56,389 bases of DNA from Methanocella sp. (GTDB taxonomy: Archaea; Thermoproteota; Bathyarchaeia; Bathyarchaeales; Bathycorpusculaceae): NCBI GenBank assembly GCA_050261115.1, contig JBLNCY010000019.1, positions 1-56,389 of the forward strand, in the 5' to 3' direction. Position numbers and translations under genes: made by a program. The notes below the pieces were generated by a model. The model made no database searches. It saw only the letters and a list, made by a program, of their open reading frames with translations, and was not told the origin of the DNA. This document shows positions 38,320 through 48,058 of the stretch, one piece after another; the stretch's first letter is position 1; each line of letters opens with the position of its first letter.

Positions 38320-39669
38320 TTATGTTGGAGGGCTGGGTGGTGCGAAAAAGTCGCTTATGCGTCTTTGGAACAGCGCCTTCTGCAACAATGCGCTTTGGGC
38401 TATCCATCTCTGGATTGGAATCTCGAATTTGCCGCTTAGAAACTGCAGCGCCTGTGCGAGAGTGTTGAATCGGCTGGGTTTTTGGCGCATGGCGTTGCGT
38501 ACGTTTTCGCGGACTTGCCAGACACCTATAGGCATGATATAGCCTGGGCGGGCTTCTCGGAGGATAATGGCGGTGGCTTGTCGGCGTTCTTTGAGTAGTT
38601 GTTCGCAGACGGCTAGTCGGGCGCTGTAATAGCAGCCGCCTATTGATGCGTAAGTGCTGCGTCCGTTGTTGCCTTCCCAGTCGCTATAGATGGCTACGGA
38701 TGAGCCGTTGGGGTTCCAGACGGTGCCGGGGTACCATGCCTCCATGGATTCGTAGCTCCATTGCTGTGGCAAGAGTAGAATTTCAAAGACGTTGTCGAGA
38801 TAGATAGATTCGTAAACTCTGTACTCGTTGATTTCGGGAAAAGTTTTCACTTGCGCTGCTAGGCTTTTGGATATGGTGTCGTCTACGGCGGTTATGCTCC
38901 ATCGGGTTGGTACTAGCCGCCGGTTTTTCTCTATGCCGAATGCTCCGACGCTGAAGGCTTTTTGGATTTTTGTTACGTTCACGCCCTGCTTGTATAATTC
39001 GATGATGGCTGGTGTAGCTCGGAGGTCGGTGTCGTAGTAGGCTTTTTCGATTTTCTGGTTGTAGCGTGCGTTGCCTACGCGAAGGTCGCGGATTGGCGCT
39101 GAGGGCCCAAACGGTTGTACGTCGTCGCTTAGTGTTATGGAGCCTCGGGGTTTTTTTGTTAGGTTTAGTTCGGTTTCTATGCTTGTGTCGGCTAAGGCGA
39201 GTTCGCGGGTTTGGTCAAGGATGCGTCCTTGGTCATGGACTTTGGTGACGTTAACTTGGTGTTTGCCGCGGATAAGTAGGCTGCGGAACCCAACGATTTC
39301 ATCCATTGACTTGCCAAACCATTGCTCAGGCAGGTCATAGATGGCGGTGTCTTCGTGGACGGGCGGCACCAGTGGGCCTACATAGACGTAGGGGTAGCCT
39401 ATGCGGCCTATGAAAACGCTTGGAGGCGAGACGCCGTCGATGTTCTCGGTCTCCATGAGGGGGGCGCTTTTTAGGAAATAGTTGACTTTAACCATGATGG
39501 GGCATCGGGTTTTGCCGCAGAGCATTCGGCTGCCTTTGCAGAGTACACAGAGGCTGTTGGTTGCGCGTGTGGTTATGGGCGGTGTGGTTCCTTGGCCTAC
39601 TTTTTGTATGATGTCTTGTAGCCATCGGTCGGGGTTTGTTGCGGCAGTGGGTGTTTGGGTTAGTGTCAT
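38320..39669 (-). CDS. nre: Nre-family archaeal DNA repair protein
   Basis: CVLCKG..MLCG..RCP, SPPSVFIGR.GYP, RRLVPTRWSITAVD, GGCYYSARL, GVWQVRE; C-terminal PIP box QRRISDFF. Confidence 0.9.
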   Translation of the reverse strand: MTLTQTPTAATNPDRWLQDIIQKVGQGTTPPITTRATNSLCVLCKGSRMLCGKTRCPIMVKVNYFLKSAPLMETENIDGVSPPSVFIGRIGYPYVYVGPLVPPVHEDTAIYDLPEQWFGKSMDEIVGFRSLLIRGKHQVNVTKVHDQGRILDQTRELALADTSIETELNLTKKPRGSITLSDDVQPFGPSAPIRDLRVGNARYNQKIEKAYYDTDLRATPAIIELYKQGVNVTKIQKAFSVGAFGIEKNRRLVPTRWSITAVDDTISKSLAAQVKTFPEINEYRVYESIYLDNVFEILLLPQQWSYESMEAWYPGTVWNPNGSSVAIYSDWEGNNGRSTYASIGGCYYSARLAVCEQLLKERRQATAIILREARPGYIMPIGVWQVRENVRNAMRQKPSRFNTLAQALQFLSGKFEIPIQRWIAQSALLQKALFQRRISDFFAPPSPPT

Positions 39670-39766
39670 GGTCTACTTTGTTGTAGAGTTTGTGGGTGTA
39701 TATCTTTTCTGTACATGTTTAGCTAAAAACAAGGTGCATAGCCTATGTAGGAGTCAGGGTAGTGTG

Positions 39767-40345
39767 CTAAGTTTTGTAAAACCGCTTGCTGATTCTCGCG
39801 AGTAGCTCATCGAGTTTTGGGGGCAGAACTGGCTTTAGCTCATCAATAAAACGTAACATTCTGGGAAGCATTATGCGAGTTGCGTTGGCATCTATGATTT
39901 TTAGTTCCCCATTAACCCAGCGAAGGTTGTCTGCTTTAACGTCAAAAACGCCGTATCCGTAGACGGCTTGCCTGATGCAGTTTAGCTGTTGAGGGGTTAT
40001 GTTTGCGGGGGCGCCATATTCTTGGAGGAGGCAATATTTTGTGTGCCAATAGATTTTTGCAAATAGCTGGTGACGAACCGATTCGGGTACGCGCTTGTAG
40101 GTGTGGTGGTCGTTTTCTATGCTTCTGTGTGAGCCGATTTTGAGAACGACTTTATGGTTTGCTTGGCGGTTTCGGAAGACGATTTTGTGCCAGCCGCAAC
40201 TCTCAACGTAGAAGTCAGGATAATTTTTGGTGACGAGTACTTGTAGCTGCTCTGGAGTAGGGAATAATCCGCCGTGGAGGTGTAGTTCGGCATCTATTAA
40301 TCGGTCGATGTGTTTTGCTTGGTGATGGAGTTCTTTGTATTTCAC
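39767..40345 (-). CDS. Minimal protein-kinase-like (PKL-fold) protein
   Basis: Ordered motifs: ESCGWHKIVF (Gly-loop-like), VVLKI (beta3 Lys), IENDH (alphaC Glu), LLQEY (hinge), DVKADN (catalytic loop DxKxxN), LKIIDAN (DFG equivalent). Confidence 0.6.
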   Translation of the reverse strand: MKYKELHHQAKHIDRLIDAELHLHGGLFPTPEQLQVLVTKNYPDFYVESCGWHKIVFRNRQANHKVVLKIGSHRSIENDHHTYKRVPESVRHQLFAKIYWHTKYCLLQEYGAPANITPQQLNCIRQAVYGYGVFDVKADNLRWVNGELKIIDANATRIMLPRMLRFIDELKPVLPPKLDELLARISKRFYKT

Positions 40346-40411
40346 AGCTAAAAACTCAAAAATGGCGCTTAAGAGTAAACTAGCATCATGGTGAAGTTGA
40401 ATATTTCTCTT

Positions 40412-40472
40412 TAGAGGGTGGCGTGTGCCTCTGTTGCTTTGCCGATGGACCCCCTCCCTTATATAGACTCAG
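40412..40472 (-). repeat. Dispersed intergenic repeat, copy 2
   Basis: Minus strand ctgagtctatataagggagggggt + 10 nt + agcaacaga...cgccaccctct, matching copies at 25831 and 56254. Confidence 0.65.
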
Positions 40473-40516
40473 CAACTGCAGTGGAGAGCGGTGTGGATGT
40501 ATGTGTTTGCTGAGTC
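40466..40516. repeat. Perfect 10-bp inverted repeat (gactcagcaa / ttgctgagtc), 31-nt spacer
   Basis: Arms at 40466-40475 and 40507-40516. Confidence 0.8.
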
Positions 40517-40637
40517 GTGGCGGTGAAGGCTGTGTTGCTGCAGACGGGCTAGAGCGGGCAACTGCACAACTGCATCCGGATAGAAATGCGGGGCTTATGC
40601 TACACCGCACGTTAGATGCTAATTAAAAGTTGGATTG

Positions 40638-40892
40638 TTATGCGTCAAAGCCCTGTGGGAAGCCAGTTAACTTTATGACGCAGCCGCATTTGCCGCATTC
40701 AATAACTAACTCGGCGAGTTCGTCGTTGACTACTTTGGTATCTAGGATTTCATAGTTGTCGTTGGTTTCGTCGTCTGGAGAGATGGACATGCTGCATTGG
40801 GGGCACTTGAATGAGCCGTCTTCGTCAATAGTGGCCACGTTGATTGTGTGCTCGCATTTCTTTGTCAGGGGTTGCTTCTTTAGCTTCATCAT
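40638..40892 (-). CDS. Small zinc-finger hypothetical protein
   Basis: CPQC...ISPDD...CGKCG...LTGF; two CxxC motifs. Confidence 0.7.
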   Translation of the reverse strand: MMKLKKQPLTKKCEHTINVATIDEDGSFKCPQCSMSISPDDETNDNYEILDTKVVNDELAELVIECGKCGCVIKLTGFPQGFDA

Positions 40893-41027
40893 ATTCTTCC
40901 TTCACTTCTAGCGTCTGTTCTTGCCATAATTATTAATTAACAATTATGAAGTGGTAATCAGTTTGTGCGTTCTTTCTTTAAATAATTTGAGGTCAAAAAG
41001 GGGGGAAAGACTTTGAGTCGTTTCCAT

Positions 41028-42926
41028 CTATTGCGTCGCTTCCTTCTCGAAGCATTCGGGAGAGATGTAGTCGCCGTATTTTGCCTGTGCCGCTAGCAGT
41101 CTTTGGCGCTGTTCGTAGAGTATGCCGAACATTTCCAGTGGGGTGTCATTGACGTTTTCTTGGTAGAAGCGTGAAACACGCTCGATTTTACCCAAGTTCT
41201 CAGGGACGCGGATGGTGAATTGTTTGATGTAGTCTTCTTTGCTGTAGTCCTTGTTTAGCACTGACTTGAAGAGCTTCTTTAAGTCCTCGTATTTGGGTAT
41301 GTAGCCAGTTGGGGTTTTTATTGCGTCTACCTCGCCGTGGACACGGAGCTCCATCCACTTTACCCAGACATGTTTGTCCTGGGGTGCGTTGAGGTATTTG
41401 CCTGTAGCGATGTCGCGGAGGAAGTAGTTTACGCCAAATACAAGGGGCTGCTTTTTGAGTTTACGGCCGAATTCAAGGTTGTTGACGATGTTTTTACCCA
41501 TGGGGATGCTGATGAAGTCCTGAATGCTCATCATGTTGATTTCAGGCACACCCTCTTTGCCGATGGTAGCAAAAGTGGTCTCCGTCTCCAACGATGCACC
41601 GTATGCGATGATGCCATGTTCCCAGCTGAAACCCTGCTGCACTGGGACGTAAGCTTTGGCGTCGCGGCCACCATACATGATGCCGCCCAACTCAACACCT
41701 TCAGGGTTATTGAGTTCAGGGTCACAATTCTCCAGCGCTTTGAGGGCTACTGCGTAGCGAGCGTTTTTGTGTGCCGCGGGGATTTCTGCGCCAGTCTCAT
41801 CCTTTTTGCCTTCATACCAGGCGCCGCTGTAGTTGATGCCTTCCTTAGGCAACTCCTCGCCCATGCCAAGCCAGTATGGCCTGCCATCCTTGACTAGAAC
41901 GTTTGAGAAGATGATTTCGCCGGGGTTGGTGAGGACTTTCCAGATTAGAGCGTCGTCTTTTGCTTTAACATCTTGGATGATGCCAAAGATGCCAGACTCC
42001 ACGTTTACAGCGCGTGCAGTCGAGTTTATGTCGCGGATGTAGGCGATGTCGTCTCCGAGTATGGTTTCGCCAGGCAGCATAGCGGTTGAGGTTTTGCCGC
42101 ATGCACTTGGGAAAGCACCCGCAAAGTAGGTTTTGCGTTTGCCATCAGGGCCAAAGACGCCCATGAGCAGCATGTGCTCTGCTAACCAGCCTTCACTGTT
42201 TGCTTTACGGATAGCCAATCGGAAGGCCAGTTTCTTGAAACCAACGCTGTTGCCTGCGTACTGCGTGTTGATGCTGTAGATGGTGTTGTCCATGTAGTCG
42301 ATGTAGATGCGTTTCTTGGGGTAATCTATGCTGACCATCTCGCTGTTTAGTCTACCGGCAGAGTGGGCAACACGGAGGAAATCGCTTCGGGGACCCGCCT
42401 TGACAAACTGTTCATAACCGCTACGGTATAGGAGGTCTTCGCAGTGAGCAACATACCAAGAGTCAGTACACTGCACACCCAATATGGAGAAAACCGAGTT
42501 AGCCGGACCCAGCACAATGAAACGGACAATCATGGTTTTGCCCTCCATGATGCCAAGCATTGAGCTGCGGATTTCAGCTAAGCCATCCTGGCGATCCATC
42601 TGGTTTAGCGCTTTGCTTAAAGTGACGCCTTTAGGAATGAGGTATTTTGTGTTTGCCCGATCGCGCCCTTGGTCCTGCTCACCGTCAAAGTGGACAGTGT
42701 GGCCTTCCAAGGTTAGAATGGCTTTTTCTTCGCCTGTGGCAACCGCCATCTTTCGGACATATGCAATGTCTTCGGCGGAGTCGCTGCAGATGAAGATTTT
42801 CTCAGGATGACAGAGATCGCTTTGTTTGGCGATAAACTCGTGCACGTTGGGGTTGTCTATGGCTTTTAGTTTTTTAAAGTCTGCGGGGCTTAGTTTTGGT
42901 TGCAATGCTTCTAGATAGGGATTCAT
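41028..42926 (-). CDS. pckG: Phosphoenolpyruvate carboxykinase (GTP)
   Basis: YAGNSVGFKK, WLAEHM, AFPSACGKTSTAM, GDDIAY, HKNARY, GGRD, VNYF. Confidence 0.95.
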   Translation of the reverse strand: MNPYLEALQPKLSPADFKKLKAIDNPNVHEFIAKQSDLCHPEKIFICSDSAEDIAYVRKMAVATGEEKAILTLEGHTVHFDGEQDQGRDRANTKYLIPKGVTLSKALNQMDRQDGLAEIRSSMLGIMEGKTMIVRFIVLGPANSVFSILGVQCTDSWYVAHCEDLLYRSGYEQFVKAGPRSDFLRVAHSAGRLNSEMVSIDYPKKRIYIDYMDNTIYSINTQYAGNSVGFKKLAFRLAIRKANSEGWLAEHMLLMGVFGPDGKRKTYFAGAFPSACGKTSTAMLPGETILGDDIAYIRDINSTARAVNVESGIFGIIQDVKAKDDALIWKVLTNPGEIIFSNVLVKDGRPYWLGMGEELPKEGINYSGAWYEGKKDETGAEIPAAHKNARYAVALKALENCDPELNNPEGVELGGIMYGGRDAKAYVPVQQGFSWEHGIIAYGASLETETTFATIGKEGVPEINMMSIQDFISIPMGKNIVNNLEFGRKLKKQPLVFGVNYFLRDIATGKYLNAPQDKHVWVKWMELRVHGEVDAIKTPTGYIPKYEDLKKLFKSVLNKDYSKEDYIKQFTIRVPENLGKIERVSRFYQENVNDTPLEMFGILYEQRQRLLAAQAKYGDYISPECFEKEATQ

Positions 42927-42946
42927 ATTTTTTTGTTCACCGTAAG

Positions 42947-43906
42947 TTAGAGTTCATGGACGTTTCCAGGTACGCGTGGGAAGGGTTGGCATTCTGCAAT
43001 GTGGGAAACGCCAGTTATGTAGCCAACTATGCGTTCCAGTCCGATGCCGGCGCCTGCAGTGGGTTTTAGGCGGCCCTCTTTGGCCATCTTTAGGATGATG
43101 GAGTAGTTTTCTTTGCGAACCTGCTCGCGCTCCATCTTCTCATAGATTTTGCCATATTCGTGTTCGCGTCTGGCGCCTGAGAGGACTTCACCGTATTTGG
43201 GCATGAAGAGGTCATAGTTGTCCCATTTGCCCGTGGCAAAGTCTTCAAAGTCGTAGAATTCACGGGGGATGTTGGTTATCCAGACCGGTTCAGTGATTTC
43301 ACAGCAAATTTTTGTCTCCCAGTCTGCGCCATACTTGGCTTCAAGGTCAGCGCGATCATACACTTTAAAGGGCATCTGGGGTACCTTGAGGTCACGGCCT
43401 AAGATGGCTAGCTCTGCTTTGCAGTCCTCCTTTAGACCCTTGAAGAGAGTAACGATTGCTTCTTCGACTAACGCAAAGACATCTTTGGAGGTGCCGTTCC
43501 TGATCTCGAAGTCTAGCTGGCTGAATTCGTAGATGTGTTTGCCTGTTTTGGCTCGTTCAGCTTTCTCTATGCGGATGTTTGGGGAGACTATGAAGAGTTT
43601 CTCATAGACGGTTGAGGCGGCAACGAGTTTGTGCACAATCATGCTGGCGGTTGTGCGGACGGATTTGCCGTAGATGTCTACTTCGATTCGTTTCTCGATT
43701 GATGCGCCGGGGTCGGGCCATAGGGGGTCGGTGCTTTGGCTGAGCGCAACGGGGAGTAACCATTCAAAACCTTTATTGGTGTAAGTGTTGGTGAGGCTTT
43801 TTAGGGTGTAAGTCATGATTTTGCCGATTGCGGCTTTTCTTTGGATTTCTTGGGCCGTTAGTTGGTCTAGCGGCTTGGGGAGTTGGGTTACTTCTTGGGT
43901 TGTCAA
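42947..43906 (-). CDS. asnA: Archaeal asparagine synthetase A (AsnRS-like catalytic domain only)
   Basis: 319-aa class II aaRS core with no anticodon-binding domain: TDPLWPDP, SPNIRIE..TGKHIYEFSQLDFE, GEVLSGARRE, AGAGIGLER. Confidence 0.88.
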   Translation of the reverse strand: MTTQEVTQLPKPLDQLTAQEIQRKAAIGKIMTYTLKSLTNTYTNKGFEWLLPVALSQSTDPLWPDPGASIEKRIEVDIYGKSVRTTASMIVHKLVAASTVYEKLFIVSPNIRIEKAERAKTGKHIYEFSQLDFEIRNGTSKDVFALVEEAIVTLFKGLKEDCKAELAILGRDLKVPQMPFKVYDRADLEAKYGADWETKICCEITEPVWITNIPREFYDFEDFATGKWDNYDLFMPKYGEVLSGARREHEYGKIYEKMEREQVRKENYSIILKMAKEGRLKPTAGAGIGLERIVGYITGVSHIAECQPFPRVPGNVHEL

Positions 43907-43952
43907 GTTTGGTCACTATTCTCTGTGGATGGGTGTATGACTATCAGAAGAC

Positions 43953-44032
43953 TGTAATAAATTTTTTATAATAAAAGATGGATAATTTACAAATAGTACA
44001 AGTTTTTATACCTGAAAGCTGTAATATTTACA
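43953..44032. promoter_or_regulatory. Putative Lrp/AsnC operator array: perfect 13-bp palindrome TGTAA-TAT-TTACA (44020-44032) with degenerate copies at 43979-43991 and 43953-43965
   Basis: Located in the divergent asnA/Lrp intergenic region; 5-3(AT)-5 geometry matches known FFRP/Lrp-type sites. Confidence 0.55.
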
Positions 44033-44033
44033 C

Positions 44034-44537
44034 ATGAGCGCCAAACTAGATGAAAAAGACCTAGCCATCTTAACCCTCATACAAGAAAACAGCAAACTCA
44101 CCGCCAACCAAATCGCAAAAAAAATCAACACCCCAATAACAACCGTATTCGCCAAAATCAAACGCATGGAAGAACTATGCATCATAAAACAATACCGCGC
44201 CATCCTATGCCCCGAAAAACTCAACCTCGCCACCGCCGCCTTCATCCTCGCCGCCGTCTCCTACCGCGCCAAAGACGACACCCCAATCACCCAACGTGAA
44301 GTCGCCGAAGAAATCGCCCGCTTCCCCGAAGTCCAAGAAGTCCACATCATAACAGGCGACTGGGACCTCCTGGTAAAACTACGCGCCGAAAACGTAGAGT
44401 GCGTCGGCAAATTCGTCGTCGACAAACTACGTCACATCAAAGGCTTAGAAAAAACCCTGACCTGCATGGTGTTTGAAACCGTAAAAGAAAGCACCAGCCT
44501 CCCCCAAGTCATACATAAGGCGCCGCTTAAAGTTTAG
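44034..44537 (+). CDS. Lrp/AsnC-family transcriptional regulator
   Basis: LDEKDLAILTLIQENS HTH; C-terminal RAM domain EVHIITGDWDLLVK; divergent from asnA. Confidence 0.93.
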   Translation: MSAKLDEKDLAILTLIQENSKLTANQIAKKINTPITTVFAKIKRMEELCIIKQYRAILCPEKLNLATAAFILAAVSYRAKDDTPITQREVAEEIARFPEVQEVHIITGDWDLLVKLRAENVECVGKFVVDKLRHIKGLEKTLTCMVFETVKESTSLPQVIHKAPLKV

Positions 44538-44991
44538 ACTCAACCGAATAGTACAGAAGCGGCAAGGCAAGCAGCACAGTATCTTTTCCCTTAGAGGTGA
44601 GACTATACTCAACCCTCAGAGGCGGCCCCGCGGTAACTTTTCGGTTGATGTAGCCATGTTTCTGAAGCATCTTGAGTTTATCTGAGAGAGTGCGGCTGTT
44701 GACGCCTAGGATTTTTTTAACTTCGCCAAATCCTATGGTGTCTTTTAGCATGATGGTGTAGAGGATTTCTAGGCTCCATTTTTGAAAAATCAGGTTAAAG
44801 ACTTCTTGGAGGGATTCCAGTTCTGCGGTGAGGTTCTCGGGGGTTATGTTTTGTTTTTCGATTATGGCGTTGAAGGTTTCCTCGACGCCGCGGAGGACTT
44901 GGGCCATGCGGGTTTCTACGATTTTTCGGAATTCGGCGCTTAAGGTTAAAGGCACGCTCATGTCGGTTACACTCGGTGTGTTTTTGCTCAC
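44527..44991 (-). CDS. HxlR-family winged-helix regulator
   Basis: KWSLEIL, NSRTLSDKLK, PPLRVEYSLT.KG. Confidence 0.88.
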   Translation of the reverse strand: MSKNTPSVTDMSVPLTLSAEFRKIVETRMAQVLRGVEETFNAIIEKQNITPENLTAELESLQEVFNLIFQKWSLEILYTIMLKDTIGFGEVKKILGVNSRTLSDKLKMLQKHGYINRKVTAGPPLRVEYSLTSKGKDTVLLALPLLYYSVESKL

Positions 44992-45062
44992 TTCAGGGTT
45001 TATAAGCGTTTACTTACACAACAAAGTGTAAATAGTAAAGTAACACTCGGGAGAGAAACACG

Positions 45063-46427
45063 ATGGAAAAGTATGACGCAGTAGTTGTAGGCGCAGGAAC
45101 CGCAGGGTGCCTCGCAGCGAAAACCATGGCTGAAAAAGGCCTAAAAGTCTGCTTAGTAGAAAAGAAACCCCAAGCAGAAATCGGGGAAAAAATCTGCGGA
45201 GACGCCCTAGGCGAACACCACCTAACCTTCCTGGGCCTAGAAAAGCCCAATGGCGGCGAATTAGAAGCCAAAATCGACGGCATGAAAATCTACTCACCAG
45301 ACGAAAACACAGTCTTCACCGTCGCAGACAAAGACTTCAAAGGCTACATCCTAAACCGCCATCTCTTTGGACAATGGCTAGTCAAAAAAGCAGTCGAAGC
45401 CGGCGCGCAACTACAAGACAACACTAACTTGCGGAGCCCAATAATCGAGAACGGCGCAGTAGTTGGCATCACAGCCAAAGACATGAAAAACGGCACCGTC
45501 AAAGAATTACGCAGCAAAGTAGTCGTTGACGCAACAGGCTACTTTGGGATGGTACGCAAACAGCTCCCAGCCGAGTTAGGCATCGACCGGGAAGTCTCCA
45601 ACGAAGACGTCGAAGCCTGTTACCGCGAAATCCGCCAACTCAACCAAGAAACAGAAAACACAAGATACTGCGAAATCTACCTCAACCAAACCGCTTCTCC
45701 AGGCGGCTACATATGGATCTTCCCCAAGGGCGGCGCCCGCGTAAACGTTGGCATCGGCACCATCATGCGCAAAACCGGCTACCCCAACCCCAAAGAGCAA
45801 CTCTACAAAACCGCCTTCACTAAACCCATGTTTGAAGGCTCAAAAGTAGTAACTGGCGGCGCATGGTTTGACCCCGTCCGCAGACCACTTGACAACATGG
45901 TCGGCAACGGAGTAGTTATAGTAGGCGATGCGGCTTGTCTGGTTAACCCAATTCATGGCGGCGGTATCGGGCCCTCGATGCTTTCAGGGTTCTTCGCAGG
46001 AGAACAAATCGTTGAGGCGCTCAGCAAAGGCGAAGCTACCAAAGCTGCACTTTGGGGCTACAACAAGAGATACATAGACACCTACGGCAAAAAGCAGGGT
46101 GCACTGGACATATTCAAGATATTCCTCTTGACATGCAGCGACGAAGACTTAAACTATGGCATGAACCAGAAACTCATGACCGAAGACGACGTTCTAAAAG
46201 CAGGCATGGGCGATGACTTCCACCTAAACATCACAGAAACCGCTAAACGTGTCTTCCGCGGCATCCGCAAAGTCGGCTTCCTTAACCAACTGCACACAAC
46301 CGTCAGTATGATGAAGGAGCTACGCACACACTACAACAACTACCCAAGCACCCCAGAAGGCTTTGAGCAGTGGCAAGCGGAAACCGTTCGCTTGATCGAG
46401 CAAGGCCACAAGAAACTAGGCGCATAG
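45063..46427 (+). CDS. Geranylgeranyl reductase family (digeranylgeranylglycerophospholipid reductase-like)
   Basis: VVGAGTAG FAD motif, ICGD, PGGYIWIFPKG, VGDAACLVNPIHGGGI. Confidence 0.88.
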   Translation: MEKYDAVVVGAGTAGCLAAKTMAEKGLKVCLVEKKPQAEIGEKICGDALGEHHLTFLGLEKPNGGELEAKIDGMKIYSPDENTVFTVADKDFKGYILNRHLFGQWLVKKAVEAGAQLQDNTNLRSPIIENGAVVGITAKDMKNGTVKELRSKVVVDATGYFGMVRKQLPAELGIDREVSNEDVEACYREIRQLNQETENTRYCEIYLNQTASPGGYIWIFPKGGARVNVGIGTIMRKTGYPNPKEQLYKTAFTKPMFEGSKVVTGGAWFDPVRRPLDNMVGNGVVIVGDAACLVNPIHGGGIGPSMLSGFFAGEQIVEALSKGEATKAALWGYNKRYIDTYGKKQGALDIFKIFLLTCSDEDLNYGMNQKLMTEDDVLKAGMGDDFHLNITETAKRVFRGIRKVGFLNQLHTTVSMMKELRTHYNNYPSTPEGFEQWQAETVRLIEQGHKKLGA

Positions 46428-46493
46428 CCATCTCCCTTTTTATTTTCTTATTAGTTTGTAAAGCCTTATAATGTTCTACTTACTGCTTAGGTA

Positions 46494-46868
46494 TTGGTGT
46501 TGAATTTGGTATATTGTTCAAATTGTGGCACGCAAATTGCCGATGATGCAAACTTCTGCCCTAAATGTGGTACAAAAACCCAGACTGGAAAAACAGCAAA
46601 AGTACCCTACCCCTCTGATCGACTAGAGGAAACAGTCTATCAACTTGGCGTAGAATTAGAGAAGGCATTCACCCTGGCGGCAAAAGAGACGCATGCAGCG
46701 TTAAAGAAGGCCAGCGAGAGCTTCCAGCAGAAAAGCGCTTCATCTCAACCGCAGCAGGCAACCCAGGAAGCCACGGTGATTTGCCCAAACTGTGGAGCTA
46801 AAAATCTTTCAGGCTCAATTTTCTGCTATAACTGTGGTAAACGTCTACAACCCGAACCCACCGCATAG
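46494..46868 (+). CDS. Double zinc-ribbon protein
   Basis: YCSNCG..FCPKCG and CPNCG..FCYNCG flanking a helical segment. Confidence 0.8.
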   Translation: MVLNLVYCSNCGTQIADDANFCPKCGTKTQTGKTAKVPYPSDRLEETVYQLGVELEKAFTLAAKETHAALKKASESFQQKSASSQPQQATQEATVICPNCGAKNLSGSIFCYNCGKRLQPEPTA

Positions 46869-46878
46869 AGAAATAAGG

Positions 46879-47892
46879 TTATCCGCTGAAAAGGTACTTC
46901 AGCGGCACCCTTTTAAGAAAACCCCAGCCTGAAAAAGTCAAGAGCGCAAACAAATATTTCTTGATTAACCCTTTAGGTGGCCAAGGGGCGGCTCGGCCAG
47001 TCGTGAGGGCACAAACGCTTCTCCTTACGCTTTGCTTCTCGATTTGATTGTAGACTCTTTGTAACCTTTGTTCTGCCTCGGTTGTGTCTTGGGGGGATAG
47101 GTGGTTTTTTTGAGTGAGAATAAAGCAGCAGTCCGCAAATGCAGAGAAATATTGGCTGTCAACGTTTCGTTGGTTGAAGGAGTGTTTTTTTAAGAAAGAG
47201 GCGACTCTACATGCCGCTTCAGGTCGGTCGCAGAGTTGTAGACTAAGCTTGCCGGTTAGGGATTTGTTGCTGATTCTGTGAAAGTACAGGCCATCGCTGA
47301 AGGCAACCTTATTACAGTGGAAAAACAGGACCCTGGCTGAGTACTCGTCGCTGTAGGCGCCAAACTCCGCCAACTTTAACTTACGGATTAAATCGCCTCG
47401 CCATAGTGCAAAGCCGTGAATGCTCCAATCCAAGCTTTCAGTGACAGCCTGCCTGTTAGTCAGCAGTATGTTTCTGGTGCCTTTTATGCCTGACATGAAT
47501 GGCGACCGATATTCTCCATGCTCGGTTACTGTCTGTAGGTCGGGGATTATGGCGTCGGCGCCAGTCTCCTTTGCTCTAACATACATTCGTCGTAGAGAAT
47601 CTGATTGCAGGTAGTCATCTGCATCTAGAATAAAGACATAGTTTCCTTTAGTTCGGTTTATGCCATAATTTTTTGTAACCGCTGGAATTCTCGTGTATGG
47701 TGTGCTGTATACCCTTATTCTAGGGTCCTTCCCAGCGTATTCCCTTAGTATCTGGAGGCTGTTATCGGAAGAGGCGGCATCTACGCAGATTAATTCCAAA
47801 TCGTCCATGGATTGGTCTAGGACAGATCCTATGCTCTCAGACAGGTAGGGAGCTTTGTTGTAAACCGCCATAACCACAGATAACCTAGGCAC
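46879..47892 (-). CDS. Glycosyltransferase family 2
   Basis: LSVVMAVYN, CVDAASSDNS, ILDADD. Confidence 0.88.
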   Translation of the reverse strand: MPRLSVVMAVYNKAPYLSESIGSVLDQSMDDLELICVDAASSDNSLQILREYAGKDPRIRVYSTPYTRIPAVTKNYGINRTKGNYVFILDADDYLQSDSLRRMYVRAKETGADAIIPDLQTVTEHGEYRSPFMSGIKGTRNILLTNRQAVTESLDWSIHGFALWRGDLIRKLKLAEFGAYSDEYSARVLFFHCNKVAFSDGLYFHRISNKSLTGKLSLQLCDRPEAACRVASFLKKHSFNQRNVDSQYFSAFADCCFILTQKNHLSPQDTTEAEQRLQRVYNQIEKQSVRRSVCALTTGRAAPWPPKGLIKKYLFALLTFSGWGFLKRVPLKYLFSG

Positions 47893-48058
47893 ATTCTGTG
47901 TAGACTCGATTAGAAAAACCTCAAAAAGCTAAAGGCAAACATGGGTCAAAACTGTTTGTTGTAATTACGCTTCAATAGCGGACTTCCGCTCCCAAATCAA
48001 GCGCCTTTTACCACAGTGATTTATTAGCTTCAGCATTATCTGAATGTGAGGAAAAGGA

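Noticed and set aside
42947-43906. Asparagine/aspartate--tRNA ligase
   Set aside because: It lacks the N-terminal anticodon-binding OB domain; size and motifs fit archaeal asparagine synthetase A.
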